From positions 1 to 64,000 of IMG/VR virus record IMGVR_UViG_3300021060_000040: a stretch of 64,000 nucleotides of DNA. One strand, given 5' to 3'. Below the pieces are notes generated by a model that saw nothing but the letters and a program-made list of their open reading frames with translations, ran no database searches and had not been told where the DNA came from. A program made the position numbers and the translations under genes. Source of the DNA: a virus. Lineage: Duplodnaviria; Caudoviricetes. This document shows positions 18,384-29,314 of the stretch, one piece after another (within the stretch, counting starts at the first letter, position 1; the number at the start of each line of letters is the position of its first letter).

Positions 18384-19350
18384 ATGCCCGGAACCGAGAA
18401 ACCCACCGCCACCAAGACGATCGGCCCGGGCTGGTCCGACGATCCGGCCGAGCGCGAACGGCAGGTGGCTGAGCAGGAGAGCCTGGTCTCCAAGATGGCG
18501 GAGATCTTCGAGCTCTACGACGACTACCAGCTAGGCGATCTTTGAGGAGCACCACCATGGTCACGTTCCCACAGTTCGGTCGCTATGTCTCCGACGGCGA
18601 TCATGTCGAGGTCGAGCACGAGGGCTTCGTGCTCCGGGCCACCGTCCACCAGGATATCCACATGGGCGCCCCCTGGGAGGAGCACGACGGCCACGGCCCG
18701 GTCTCCGCCTGGACGTTTCGCGACAAACGTCCAGGCGAGCGCGTCCTGTGCCGGGATCGGGGCAGCAAACGCTTCTACGACGTCGCGGCCGCCATCCGGT
18801 TGGCCAAGCGTGATGGCTGGGGCCCGCGGATCCCGTACCGGACGCCCGGCATCGCCGCGGCGATCGCCGTCGAACAGGACTACCGGGTGTTGAAGGCCTG
18901 GTGCGACGACGAGTGGTGCTGGTGCGGCGTCGCCGTGACCGTGTTCAAGGCCGGCGTCCAGCTCACCGGCAAATACGACGCGGCTCTCTGGGGCATCGAG
19001 ATGAACTACCCGGACTCGGACAACAGCTACCTCTCCGAGGTGGCCTCCGAGCTGGCCGACGAGGCCCTCGAACAGGCCAGGGCGAAACTCAGCACGCTGA
19101 TCGTGCAGCTCGCCGCCTGACCGTTTGCGCGATTTCAAATGGAGAACAAACGATGGGAAAGCCGATCACCCCAGCCACGCGCCAAGACCGCGAGAAGGTC
19201 GACGAAGCCGTGGTCCTCCTGCGCCGGGCCCGGGACCTCCTGAGGGAAGCCGGAGCCAAGCGCGCCGCCGAGAAGTGCCGGCTGGCCATCGCGTCGGCCG
19301 GCGGCGCCCAGCGCCACGTCCTCCACCGCGAGCTGAGAACGGAGATCTGA
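18384..19350 (+). CDS. Hypothetical genes 18384-18545, 18557-19120, 19153-19350
   Basis: Motif+RBS leaders at 18356 and 19125. Confidence 0.7.
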
Positions 19351-19351
19351 G

Positions 19352-20020
19352 ATGGGCTGGACCTTCATGCACCGCCCCAGGGGCATCAGCGACCGCGCCT
19401 GGTTCGAGCGGGAGGGCTGCTTCACCTGGAGCCACGACACACGCAACCGGCGCGTCGTCGATACGGCGACCGTCAATCGCACGGTGTTCCACGCCGTCCT
19501 GGAGATGGACGCCGAGGCCGACGGCACCATGATCCCCGACGCGAACGGCCGGGTCCGGATCGCGTTCGTGTTCCTGCTCAAGTGGGTGCCGAGCGACCAC
19601 CACAACTTCGGCTACAAGGACCTGGACGAGTTCATGGGGCCGTGCGAGGCGGTCTGCCCGGAGCGGCTCCTCGACCAGCTCACGCCCTTCAAGCCGGAAG
19701 CGATCGCCGCGGCCGAGGCCGCGTATGCGGCGGAACTGGCGGCCGTCGAGGCCGGCACGCTGCCCTACGCCTCGCGCAGCACGCTGCTCCATGCCCATGA
19801 CTGGCGCCAGCGCTGCCGGCGGCTAATCGAGGTGCGCAAGGCGACCCGCCAGCCCGGCACGAAGCTCAAGCTCATCAACCCGCTCAGGTTCTCCGACGGC
19901 GTGACCGCCACGGAGCTGACCGTCGGCGAACTCGACCGGAACCAGCCGACCTTCCGGCGCCAGGACGGGATCCGGGTCCGGATCAGCCGGTCGGAATACG
20001 GCCTGTTCACCCTCGCCTAA
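19352..20020 (+). CDS. DUF6927-like protein
   Basis: MGW..FGYKDLDEFMGP...CP.RLLD.LTP..WRQRC. Confidence 0.7.
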   Translation: MGWTFMHRPRGISDRAWFEREGCFTWSHDTRNRRVVDTATVNRTVFHAVLEMDAEADGTMIPDANGRVRIAFVFLLKWVPSDHHNFGYKDLDEFMGPCEAVCPERLLDQLTPFKPEAIAAAEAAYAAELAAVEAGTLPYASRSTLLHAHDWRQRCRRLIEVRKATRQPGTKLKLINPLRFSDGVTATELTVGELDRNQPTFRRQDGIRVRISRSEYGLFTLA

Positions 20021-20051
20021 CCGCTTGCGCGATTTCAAACGGAGAACAAAC

Positions 20052-21854
20052 ATGACGCTGACTGAGATAAAGCGGGAAATCGGGATCGTCCTGTATTACC
20101 GGATCCCGGCCGCGCTGAAGCGCTGCCACACGGCGCTGGCCTATGCCTGCGGCCGGACCACCGTGCCGCAGGCCCTGTCCATGATCTGGGACTGCCAGCA
20201 GATCGCCGGCACCCACACCCTCGTCAGCATCGACACCGACGACGTGCTGAGAGCCGCCCGGGAGCGCTGGGTCAACCAGGCCAAATTCCCCGAGCTTGCC
20301 CGATGGGCTGCGGCGCATGTCGGCAGCAAGTGGACCGATGATGGCGAGACCCGCAGCGTCGCCGTGGATTGGGCGCTCCAGACGATGGCCGAGGACGCCA
20401 GGGCCGAAGGCATCGCACTGCGGGAGCGCGATGAGATCGAGGAGCCCGAGCCGGTCGAGGACGGCAACTGGGCGATCATCGACACCGTCGAGCACACCAC
20501 GATCGCCCGGTTCTACAGCCGAGCGGACGCCGAGGACTTCCTGTCCCTCAGTGCCACGATCGACCCCGACAAGCTGGAGCGGGGCGATTACTCGATCGAC
20601 GGCCCCGAGGAGGCGTGACCATGATCGAGAGTCGTGACCCCCGCATCCATGAGATCACCCTGCGCCTGGGCTTCGACCGCCCGGTCTCGGCCTGGATGGC
20701 GACGATGCTGGCGCAGAGAAATCTCCCGAAGGAGATCACCCTCATCCCGCAGAAGGAAGGCGATCCCACCTCGGTGAAGGTGTTGGCCGCCCGGCAGCCG
20801 GCGCGGAGAGCGTGATGCTCAAGATAGACCCGCACCCCGGCATCATCCTGTCTCTCTGCATCGACGAGCACACCCTCATCCAATGGCGCGTGCGGGACCA
20901 GGTGAAGGCGCAGGCCGACGGCTGGTACCTCGACGAGGAGGACGGGATGATCACCAAAGACGATGACAGCAGCGCGTTCCCCGATAGCAACGCTGCCATC
21001 GACCACGTCACGGCCCTGGCCACGGCCGGCGACGAATGCGCCAGACGGGCTATGATCTTCCACAATCACTCCAACATGATGGCCTGGGTGAAGGAGCCGT
21101 TATGATGCGTAACGAAGTCGAATTTCCAATTTTCGCTCCGTGATCGGGCTGGCGGAGAGCAAGGTCGCCGAGCTGTTCCCGGTCTCGACCAGCCAAGACT
21201 GACCCCTGCGACGATTCCGTCGCTTGCGGCTTGCGCGATTTCAAATAGAAAGCGAACACCGATGACAGACCGCAGCAACCTCGCCGTGGTCCGAAACCCG
21301 CTGCTGGCCCTACCGGCCGTGCAGCGCATCCCCGAGCTCCCGGCCGAGGCCCAGGCCCTCCTGATCGAGATCCTGGCCGACATCGCCCGCGACGCCCGCG
21401 GCCGGGCCCAGCAGAGCTGGATCAAGAACAAAGGGCCGATGGCCGCCTACTGGAAGGCTGTCGGCGCCTACGCGGAACACCTGCGGCGCGCCTGCCGCCG
21501 GGCAACCCTCGAGAGGACTTCATGACCGGAACCCGCCACATCGGAGGCTCGATCCTCCCATCCAGCGACCCGAGTATCCTGGCGCCGATCGATGCGCCGT
21601 TCGGACGCCTTCAGGTCCGGGCGCTGCCCGATCTCGATACCCACGCCTTGTTCTGGGCGCACGACCAGTACGACAGCCTGATCGCGATCCACCCCAACGG
21701 CTACAGCTGCCACCAGCTCGCCAAGCGCATGGTCGCCGGCGACGAGGCCCGCGTCCGCGCCCAGGCCGCGTACCTCCTGGATTGCGGTGGGCTCGTCATG
21801 AAAATCGACAGCCTCGTCTACGCCATGCGGTCGCATCTCCCCGAGACCGCCTGA
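20052..21854 (+). CDS. Hypothetical genes 20052-20618, 20615-20815, 20812-21105, 21262-21525, 21522-21854
   Basis: Coupled ORFs after motif leaders at 20025 and 21231. Confidence 0.7.
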
Positions 21855-21918
21855 CCCTCGCGAAACCACGCCCGATCCATGCCCACGCGCTTGCGCGATT
21901 TCAAACGGAGAGCAAACA

Positions 21919-22842
21919 ATGAACGCTCAGGTCTCGATCAAGGCCCTCACCGCCGGAGCCACCCCGGTCAACCCGCTCGCCGACCGCGCCATGCTGGTGG
22001 GCGTGAAGCTGTCGATGTGGACCGGGCGCAAGCTCGACAAGGCGGCCACCGAGAAGGTCAACAAGGACCACGACGCGGCCGAGGATGCCGGCCGGTACAA
22101 CAAGAGCCTGATCGCCAAGGACGCGCTGAAGCGCATCACCAAGGCGGTCAACGACGCCCGGGCCGCCCACTACGAGCGGACCCTCCCCTGGGCGGACGAG
22201 GGCCTGCGGATCCTGCCGGCGGCCGCCTACGAGATGTACCAGAACGACATGCGCCGGCGCCGCACCGAGTTCGAGGCCGCGGTGGACGAGTTCGCCGGCC
22301 AGTACGCCGGGTACAAGCTGGAGGCGATCCGGCGGCTCGGCGGCCTCTACAGGGAGGACGAGTTCCCGGACATCTCCCGGATCCGCGAGCGGTTCTCGTT
22401 CGGCCTGCGGGTGCTGCCGATGCCCGACGCCGCGGATTTCCGGGTGACGCTGGGCTCGGGCGCGGTCGAGAAGATCCGCGCCGACATCGAGGCCTCCATG
22501 CAGGAGGCGCTCGAGGACGCGATGAAGGACGCCTGGAGCCGGATCGTCGACAAGGTCGGCCGGGTCGCCGACCGGCTGACCAAGTACCAGCCGGGCACCG
22601 ACGGCACCCGCGCCGAGGGCACGTTCCGGGACTCGCTGATCCAGAACGTCAGGGACCTGGTCGACATCCTGCCGACCTTCAACCTGACCAACGACCCGGT
22701 CCTCCACGCCACCATCGAGCGCATGCGCAACGAGCTGTGCGGCGCCGACGTGCAGGTCCTGCGCGACAACCCCGTGGTCCGGGCCGAGACGGCCGCGGCG
22801 GCCCAGTCGATCCTCGAGACGGTCGCCGAATACCTCGCCTGA
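21919..22842 (+). CDS. DUF3150-like protein
   Basis: WTGRKLD..K.LI..TLPW...G.R.LP; usual partner of AAA/vWA genes. Confidence 0.65.
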   Translation: MNAQVSIKALTAGATPVNPLADRAMLVGVKLSMWTGRKLDKAATEKVNKDHDAAEDAGRYNKSLIAKDALKRITKAVNDARAAHYERTLPWADEGLRILPAAAYEMYQNDMRRRRTEFEAAVDEFAGQYAGYKLEAIRRLGGLYREDEFPDISRIRERFSFGLRVLPMPDAADFRVTLGSGAVEKIRADIEASMQEALEDAMKDAWSRIVDKVGRVADRLTKYQPGTDGTRAEGTFRDSLIQNVRDLVDILPTFNLTNDPVLHATIERMRNELCGADVQVLRDNPVVRAETAAAAQSILETVAEYLA

Positions 22843-22930
22843 CCTCCCCACCAGCCCGCTGAGCAACACCGCGCCGACGGCCCCGCCGGCGCGCCCTCAC
22901 CCCTGCCCGACAGCCATTCCGGAGACCACC

Positions 22931-23983
22931 ATGCTGTACCCCGTCGCCCAGCAGACCCTGAAATACGCCCTCGAGCACGGCACGATCCCCTTCCTCAAGG
23001 GGCCGCCCGGCGTCGGCAAGACCGACATGATCACCGCAGTGGCGGCCGAGCTCGGCCGGCCGGTGGTGACCGAGACGCTCGCCACCATGGAGGCGATCGA
23101 CCTGCGTGGCCTGCCCAACACCGACCACGCCACCCGCACGGTGTGGTGGGCCAAGCCCGACTTCATCGAGAAGCTGGAGCAGGCCAGCGCCCACGGCACC
23201 AAGGCGCCGATCCTGTTCATCGACGAGGCGAACGCCGTCGGCCAGGCGCTGCAGGTGCCGATGATGCAGCTGACCCTGCGCGGCGTGATCGGGCCGCACA
23301 CGCTGCCCGACGGCACCTCGATCGTGCTGGCCGGCAACCGCCGCGCCGATCGGGCCGCCGCCCAGTCGTCGCCCACGGCGCTGAACAACCGCGTCCAGCA
23401 CCTGCCGGTCGAGGTGTGCGTCAAGACCTGGCTGAAATGGGCGGCCAACGCCCAGCTGCACCCGGCGATCTGTGCCTTCATCATGCTGCGCGGCGAGGGC
23501 CAGAAGGGCGCCAACGGCCAGCCGGACAAGCCCGGGATGCTGCACCACTTCGACCCGACCAAGCCGGACGAGGAGGCGTTCCGCAGCCCACGCACCTGGG
23601 CGATGTGCCACCCCTGGGTGGACGCGCCGGACGAGATCCGCGAGGGCGGCATCCGCGGCATCGTCGGCGAGCACGGCTCGACGGAGTTCAAGGGCTTCCT
23701 GGACGTCTTCCGCAACCTGCCGCCGCTGGCCTCGATCATCGCCAACCCGGACACCGCCAAGGTGCCGACCAACTCGTCGATCGCCTACGCGGTGACGATC
23801 GCGCTCTCCCGCGCGGCCAACGGCGGCAACCTCGCGAACATCCTCAAGTACCTGGCCCGCCTGGGCAAGGAATTCGAGGTGATGGGCCTGACCGACGCCG
23901 TCCGGCGCCACGAGGCCGCCGAGCTGCACAACACCACGGCCTACATCCACTGGCAGGCCGCCAACTCCGACATCACGGTCTGA
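22931..23983 (+). CDS. MoxR/AAA_5-type ATPase
   Basis: Walker A GPPGVGKT, DLRGLP, Walker B ILFIDE, AGN, NR, SPRTW. Confidence 0.9.
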   Translation: MLYPVAQQTLKYALEHGTIPFLKGPPGVGKTDMITAVAAELGRPVVTETLATMEAIDLRGLPNTDHATRTVWWAKPDFIEKLEQASAHGTKAPILFIDEANAVGQALQVPMMQLTLRGVIGPHTLPDGTSIVLAGNRRADRAAAQSSPTALNNRVQHLPVEVCVKTWLKWAANAQLHPAICAFIMLRGEGQKGANGQPDKPGMLHHFDPTKPDEEAFRSPRTWAMCHPWVDAPDEIREGGIRGIVGEHGSTEFKGFLDVFRNLPPLASIIANPDTAKVPTNSSIAYAVTIALSRAANGGNLANILKYLARLGKEFEVMGLTDAVRRHEAAELHNTTAYIHWQAANSDITV

Positions 23984-23994
23984 GGAGTGGCCCG

Positions 23995-24306
23995 ATGACC
24001 ACGATTCCCCACACACCACCCCCCTGGACCTTCCGGGCCGACGGCGAGGCCAACCACTACACGCTGATAGGGCCGGACGGCCGCTGGCTGATCTCCTTCC
24101 TGCACAATGGCGAGCAGTTGACCGCCAAGCAGGAAGCCAACGTCCGCGTCATGGCCGCCGGGCCCGGAATGCTGGCGGAGCTGAAGGCCTGCGAGGACGC
24201 GCTCCTCGCTGCGCTGCCCCACGCTCCCCGGATCCGCGACATCCTCAAGGCCCGCCTGGATGGGGTGCGCGCCGCCATCACAGCAGCGGAGACCATGGTT
24301 CGATGA
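23995..24306 (+). CDS. Phage HTPxPW-type hypothetical protein
   Basis: HTPPPW...ANVRVMAAGPGMLAEL. Confidence 0.7.
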   Translation: MTTIPHTPPPWTFRADGEANHYTLIGPDGRWLISFLHNGEQLTAKQEANVRVMAAGPGMLAELKACEDALLAALPHAPRIRDILKARLDGVRAAITAAETMVR

Positions 24307-25589
24307 AATCCACGCACGTCCGCGACCTGCCGGCCCGCGATCGCCTGATCCGGGCCCGCACCCTGCTCACCCAGAGCCATGCCTTCTACGCCTCGCTCGC
24401 CCTCCACATGGAGCCGCGCGAGGATGCCGGCGTGCCGACGGCCGAGGTCGACGGCAAGCACATGTTCTACAACCCGAACTACGTGACCGGCCTGACCGAG
24501 CCCGAGCTGATCGGCCTGGTCGTCCACGAGACCAAGCATATCGCGCTGCTGCACCATGTCCGGCGCGGCGGCCGCGACCCGGCCGAGTGGAACGTCTCGT
24601 GCGATCTGGCGATCAACCCGGGCCTGATCGCCGAGGGTTTCACCCTGCCGAAGGGCGCCCTGCTCGATCCGACCTTCGCCGGGATGAGCGCCGAGCAGAT
24701 CTACGCCGAGCGGCAGCGCCGCAAGCAGCAGCCCCAGCCGCCGCAGGATCAAGACCAGGATCCTGACGCGGACCAGGACGGTGATCCCGCCCAGGATCAA
24801 CCGGGGGCGAACGATCCCGGGCAGGATCAGGACGACGATGGCCAGGACGGGGACGGCGGCCAAAGCCAGGCCGGCGGCGACCCGGGCGGCTGCGGCGGCG
24901 TGCGCGACGCCTATCTCGAGGAGGGCCAGGGCGTCGACGCCGCGGCGGCCGAAACCGAGGCCATGGTGCGCCAGTGCGCGGCCGTGGCAGCCAGGGGCGC
25001 CGGCGAGGGCGGCCTGCCGGACGCGATCAGCCGGCTGCTCGACGAGTTGAACCAGCCCCGCGTGAACTGGCGCGAGGAGTTCGGACGCTTCGTCGACAGC
25101 GTGGCCTCGAGCCAGCCGACATGGAATCGGCTCGATCGGCGCATGCTGGCGCTCGGCTACTCGCTGCCCGGGCGCACCCCGGACGCGGTCGAGGAGATGG
25201 TGTGCTTCGTCGATTCCTCGGCCTCGATCCCGCGGGACGGCGCCACGGCGTTCGCCAGCGAGGTCCAGGCGATGCTCGATACCGGGCGCGTCAGCCGGAT
25301 CCACGTCGTCTCGGTCGACGATGCGGTCCGCAACGTCCAGGTGTTCGAGCTCGGCGACACGGTGGCCAAGCTCGACATCAAGGGCGGCGGCGGCACCCGG
25401 TTCGACGTCGCGTTCGACTGGCTGGCGGACAACGCGCCGGACGCCGCGGCCGCCATCTACCTCACCGATCTCGACGTCTGGAGCGACGAGTGGGGCCGCC
25501 CCCCGGCCTGCCCGGTGCTGTGGACCGTCTACGGCGGGAAGCGCTGGGCGCCCTTCGGCGAGATCATCCCGCTCGATCCCTATCAGTAG
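24303..25589 (+). CDS. DUF2201 metallopeptidase-vWA protein
   Basis: HETKH (HExxH), acidic linker, MIDAS DSSAS, GGGT, YLTD. Confidence 0.88.
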   Translation: MKSTHVRDLPARDRLIRARTLLTQSHAFYASLALHMEPREDAGVPTAEVDGKHMFYNPNYVTGLTEPELIGLVVHETKHIALLHHVRRGGRDPAEWNVSCDLAINPGLIAEGFTLPKGALLDPTFAGMSAEQIYAERQRRKQQPQPPQDQDQDPDADQDGDPAQDQPGANDPGQDQDDDGQDGDGGQSQAGGDPGGCGGVRDAYLEEGQGVDAAAAETEAMVRQCAAVAARGAGEGGLPDAISRLLDELNQPRVNWREEFGRFVDSVASSQPTWNRLDRRMLALGYSLPGRTPDAVEEMVCFVDSSASIPRDGATAFASEVQAMLDTGRVSRIHVVSVDDAVRNVQVFELGDTVAKLDIKGGGGTRFDVAFDWLADNAPDAAAAIYLTDLDVWSDEWGRPPACPVLWTVYGGKRWAPFGEIIPLDPYQ

Positions 25590-25597
25590 GAGACACC

Positions 25598-26282
25598 ATG
25601 ACCGTCAGCGATCTGATCGACGAACTGAAGCGCTTTCCCGCAGGCATGCAGGTCGTGCGCAGCTGCCCGGGCGAGCATATCCCGCGGTGGCAGACCATGG
25701 ACGGGCACTGGTTCCAGACCGTGGACGTCGTGCCATCCTCGAGCCCGCTGATGGCCGGCTCATACCGCGAGGCCAAGGAGGACAGCGAGGGGACCATCAC
25801 GGCGCTCGAGCTCTGAGCCTGACGCGACCCGTCGGCAGGGGTGCGATCCCTGCCGACCAGCCGCATCACGCGGAGAAGGAGAAATCTATGAGCGACACAA
25901 AACACCTGATGGCCGCGATCGCGGACGGCGATGCCGCCATCGTCGAGGTCACCCGAAAGCAGGCGCGGGCCTATACGGACGGCGAGGATCTCCCCGAAGA
26001 ATTCTTGGAGGCGTTGGACAGCGCTCAGGGCGAGGCCGACGAGGAGGGCAAGATTTCCTACGTCGTGATCGCCATCAAGGGAGCCACGCTCTGATGGCGG
26101 CCGAGCCGAAGCTCGTGAAAGACTGGAGCGCCAAGCGCGCCGGCGCGGGGATCACGCTGACCGGGACGAGCAACGGCACTCCGGTGCGCCAGCCCGACGT
26201 GAAGACGATCCGCCTCGAGCGCGGGATCGTTGTCGCCGAAACCAAGGACGGGACCGTCTTCCACCTCAGCACCGGCACCTGA
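25598..26282 (+). CDS. Hypothetical genes 25598-25816, 25888-26094, 26094-26282
   Basis: RBS-preceded small ORFs. Confidence 0.65.
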
Positions 26283-26779
26283 TCTAGTGGTCGAAATCCA
26301 ACGCTTGGTATCCACTGGCAGGGTCCGCAACGGGTGGGTAGCGGAAGTCAGCTACTCGCCTTGAAGCGGACGTTCCGCATCCGACCCAACCCAGCCATGC
26401 GAGCAGTCGGCGGCGCCTCTCAGAAGCGGTCATGCTTCGGCCATTCTGAAACTTCCGTCCGGGGGCGGGGAGTGATTCATAGCTTCGCTGCTGGCATCTA
26501 ATATTTAACAAGGGTATCGAGCAGTTCGGCTGTGCTATAACGTATCACCCAACTTGACAGGTGATAGAGATGGGTAGCGTCTTGTGCTGGAGGACATCGT
26601 TGCCGCAGCAGAGGTTCCTTGAGGTAAGATGAGACTCATCCCGGGTGGAAGGCCACCACGCGTCCCGGCTTGCCGAACACAAAATAATTGTCTCATATAG
26701 ACTGGTGCGCTATGCCAATGAGTAACTTGTTCCTACCGTTTTGCTGAAAGATTTGAAGAAGTTAGCGGCTGAAACTACC

Positions 26780-28255
26780 ATGAAATGTTTCGTATCAATG
26801 CCTACGGGTCGCGCATTCGCGGACGTATATGATTCTGCAATCTTGCCCGCGATAGAGGGGAATGGCCTCAAGTCCACCAAGGTTGAAGATCTAAACGCGG
26901 GCAGCGTGTGGCGGCTTGGCTTTCAAGAACTAATCGAGTCATCAAATCTAGTCATCGCAGTCGTAGGCGACGATAATCTGCGCTCCTTTACGGGATTTGA
27001 GATTGGTTTTGCTGCTGCGCTAAAAAAACCCATCATACTACTCGCCCGATCGTTTCAAGAAGTACCTTTCGATCTACAGCAATTTCGGTTTCTGAGTTAC
27101 AGCAATGATCCTCAATCCCTTGCTCAGCTACGGCGAGATCTAACTAGAGAAGTCCGCCGCGTCGTAAAAACATTATCTGGTCTGGCTTCTGCGTCATCCG
27201 CGAAAATCGAACCATCAAAGGAGTTCGCGGAAACTGAAGACGAGGTTGCCGGCAGCAAGCTCTTGGAAGAATACAAGGCTCGGGGGGATTATGCTTCGGC
27301 ACTGGAGTTGCTCACCAGGGCAATCAAACGTCAACGTGCGGCTGGCAATCGGCCTGCCCTAGCGGCGGCACTTAACTCCGCAAGTGTGGCTTACCAAGCA
27401 CTAGGTCGTTATGAAGAAGCGCTGTCTGCGCTGCAGGAAGCTTTCCAGCTATTAGCCAGCGTTGAAGAACCTCGCCAGAGAGCGATGATAACTGCCAATT
27501 TGGCTAATGTTTTGCTGAATACTGGCGATCTTGATCAGGCTCGCACCTTCTATCGAGCCGCTCTTGATATCGCAGAAACGATCGGCGACTCTGAAATGCG
27601 TGCCGAGATATCTGGGAATTACGCGCAGTTACTTTACACCTTAGGAAATTATGAAGAAGCTGAGGTATTATATTTAAATGCTCTAGAGATATTTGAGAAA
27701 TCTGGCAACCAAAGATCTGTGGCAATAGCACAGGCAAATTTGGCGGCACTGTTGCAGCAGCAAGGTCAACTTGATCGCGCACAAGAGCTCTTCGAGCGAG
27801 CTCATCATGTTTTTAATATGATTGGCGATGTTAGAGGGCGCGCATCTCTGTTGCACAATCTGGCCTCTCTAAAACAGTCTAGGGGAGATTCCGAGGAGGC
27901 GCTGGCGCTTCTCCAGGAAAGCCTACATCTCAAACGCCAACTCGGCGATCGAAGCGGATCTGCATTTTCACTCGCTGCAATAGGCCACAATCTGATATCA
28001 TCTGGTCGTGTTGCTGAGGGTTTGGAAGCATTATATCAATCCGCAAAAATACAGGAAGAAGTTGGCGACCGTCTCGGTTTAGCTCAGACCCTCTCCGCCC
28101 TTGGCGCTTACACTGCACAATATGGAGATGCACCAGCAGCTGAGAACATGCTCGAACGGGCGCTAGCAATGGCGGTTTCAATTGGCGCTCCGGAACGAAA
28201 CAAAATCAAGCAGATGTTGGGCGCCGTTCGCCTGTCCCAAACTTCCGCGGAATGA
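26780..28255 (+). CDS. NDT/TIR-like Rossmannoid domain fused to TPR repeats; candidate defence protein
   Basis: CFVSMP..FEIGFAAALKKPIILL..VPFDL..RFLSY, then about 7-8 TPR_12-type repeats. Confidence 0.8.
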   Translation: MKCFVSMPTGRAFADVYDSAILPAIEGNGLKSTKVEDLNAGSVWRLGFQELIESSNLVIAVVGDDNLRSFTGFEIGFAAALKKPIILLARSFQEVPFDLQQFRFLSYSNDPQSLAQLRRDLTREVRRVVKTLSGLASASSAKIEPSKEFAETEDEVAGSKLLEEYKARGDYASALELLTRAIKRQRAAGNRPALAAALNSASVAYQALGRYEEALSALQEAFQLLASVEEPRQRAMITANLANVLLNTGDLDQARTFYRAALDIAETIGDSEMRAEISGNYAQLLYTLGNYEEAEVLYLNALEIFEKSGNQRSVAIAQANLAALLQQQGQLDRAQELFERAHHVFNMIGDVRGRASLLHNLASLKQSRGDSEEALALLQESLHLKRQLGDRSGSAFSLAAIGHNLISSGRVAEGLEALYQSAKIQEEVGDRLGLAQTLSALGAYTAQYGDAPAAENMLERALAMAVSIGAPERNKIKQMLGAVRLSQTSAE

Positions 28256-28259
28256 TCAG

Positions 28260-28778
28260 ATGACTGAAAAGTTTAGTCATCTTGATATCTTCATGAAGAT
28301 GCTAGAAGTTATTGAGAAAGATCTGGAAGCGAGACCGCGATTGATTTCGCCTGCCGAGAAAGCAAGCGTTCACACTATTATCCAACGAATGGAGGGCACA
28401 TTGATTGTCAACAATTATGAGGAGGAAGTCACTATGTCGACTGGCGACACATTTAGCCAAAACAGCAACTCGGTTATTGCTACTCGGGGATCGATAGCCC
28501 GCGGCGTTATTACCATTCGAGAGCAACGAGGCGACGAGGCCGCGGACGCAATTTCATCGTTGCAGCAAGCACTTGGGGGCAAGAACGTACCTGAAGAAAA
28601 GCGCGCAGAGGCCCTTGAGCTTCTCGCGGAAATCACCAGCAAAGCTTCAGACAAGGGATCTTCAAAAACTATTCTCAAATCTTTGGGGAGCGGCCTGAAG
28701 GATGTGTTGGATGATATCGGATCTATTTCGAGTGTGGTTGAGAAGGTATGGCCGATTATTATGACATTCTGGTCTTAG
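28260..28778 (+). CDS. Hypothetical partner protein of the TPR gene
   Basis: 4 nt downstream, low GC; GDTFSQNSNS low-complexity stretch then helical C-terminus. Confidence 0.7.
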   Translation: MTEKFSHLDIFMKMLEVIEKDLEARPRLISPAEKASVHTIIQRMEGTLIVNNYEEEVTMSTGDTFSQNSNSVIATRGSIARGVITIREQRGDEAADAISSLQQALGGKNVPEEKRAEALELLAEITSKASDKGSSKTILKSLGSGLKDVLDDIGSISSVVEKVWPIIMTFWS

Positions 28779-29314
28779 CACCCGAAGCCGTTGTTGGCGG
28801 ATGACGGCTTTTCTGATGGATAGCTGCCTGCGTCCCTGTGCGAGCATTTTGTACGCGATCAGCATGTGCCGCAGCCGCCCGAGGAACCGGCGGTTCGCGT
28901 AGGATATGCTACAAGCAACCCGGCAGGCCTGTTGTATTTTGAGATATCAGGCGCGACTATTTGAAGCCAAGCGACGCGGACGTTCACGGCGTCGCTACGA
29001 ATTGCATCTCGTCACAGTCTCTGATGGGTTGGATTGTGTCCATACGGCTATGTCCGCATCGATGCATTCGCCATCCGAAAGCAGACAGGCCGAAAACCAC
29101 CCTGTGCGGTCATTCGGCTTGCGACCCATCCCGGTCGCAGGCGACAGTCAGCCGAGTTGCCCGTGAGCGGACATTCTCAGGGTCAGCGAAGGGTCGGAAG
29201 CGCCCCTCGCTACGGGTACCAAGCGTCGGATTTGGACCACTAGCCGCGGCCGGGCCATCTCACGTCCGAAGTGCGCCCGGCCGCTTGCGCGATTGCAAAC
29301 GAAAGGAAAGCGAC

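Larger units (their letters stand above)
26284..29243. mobile_element. Non-autonomous TIR-bounded cargo element (no transposase)
   Basis: 30-bp inverted repeats 26284-26313 / 29214-29243, 27/30 identical, CTAG at both outer ends; interior much lower GC than flanks. Confidence 0.8.
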
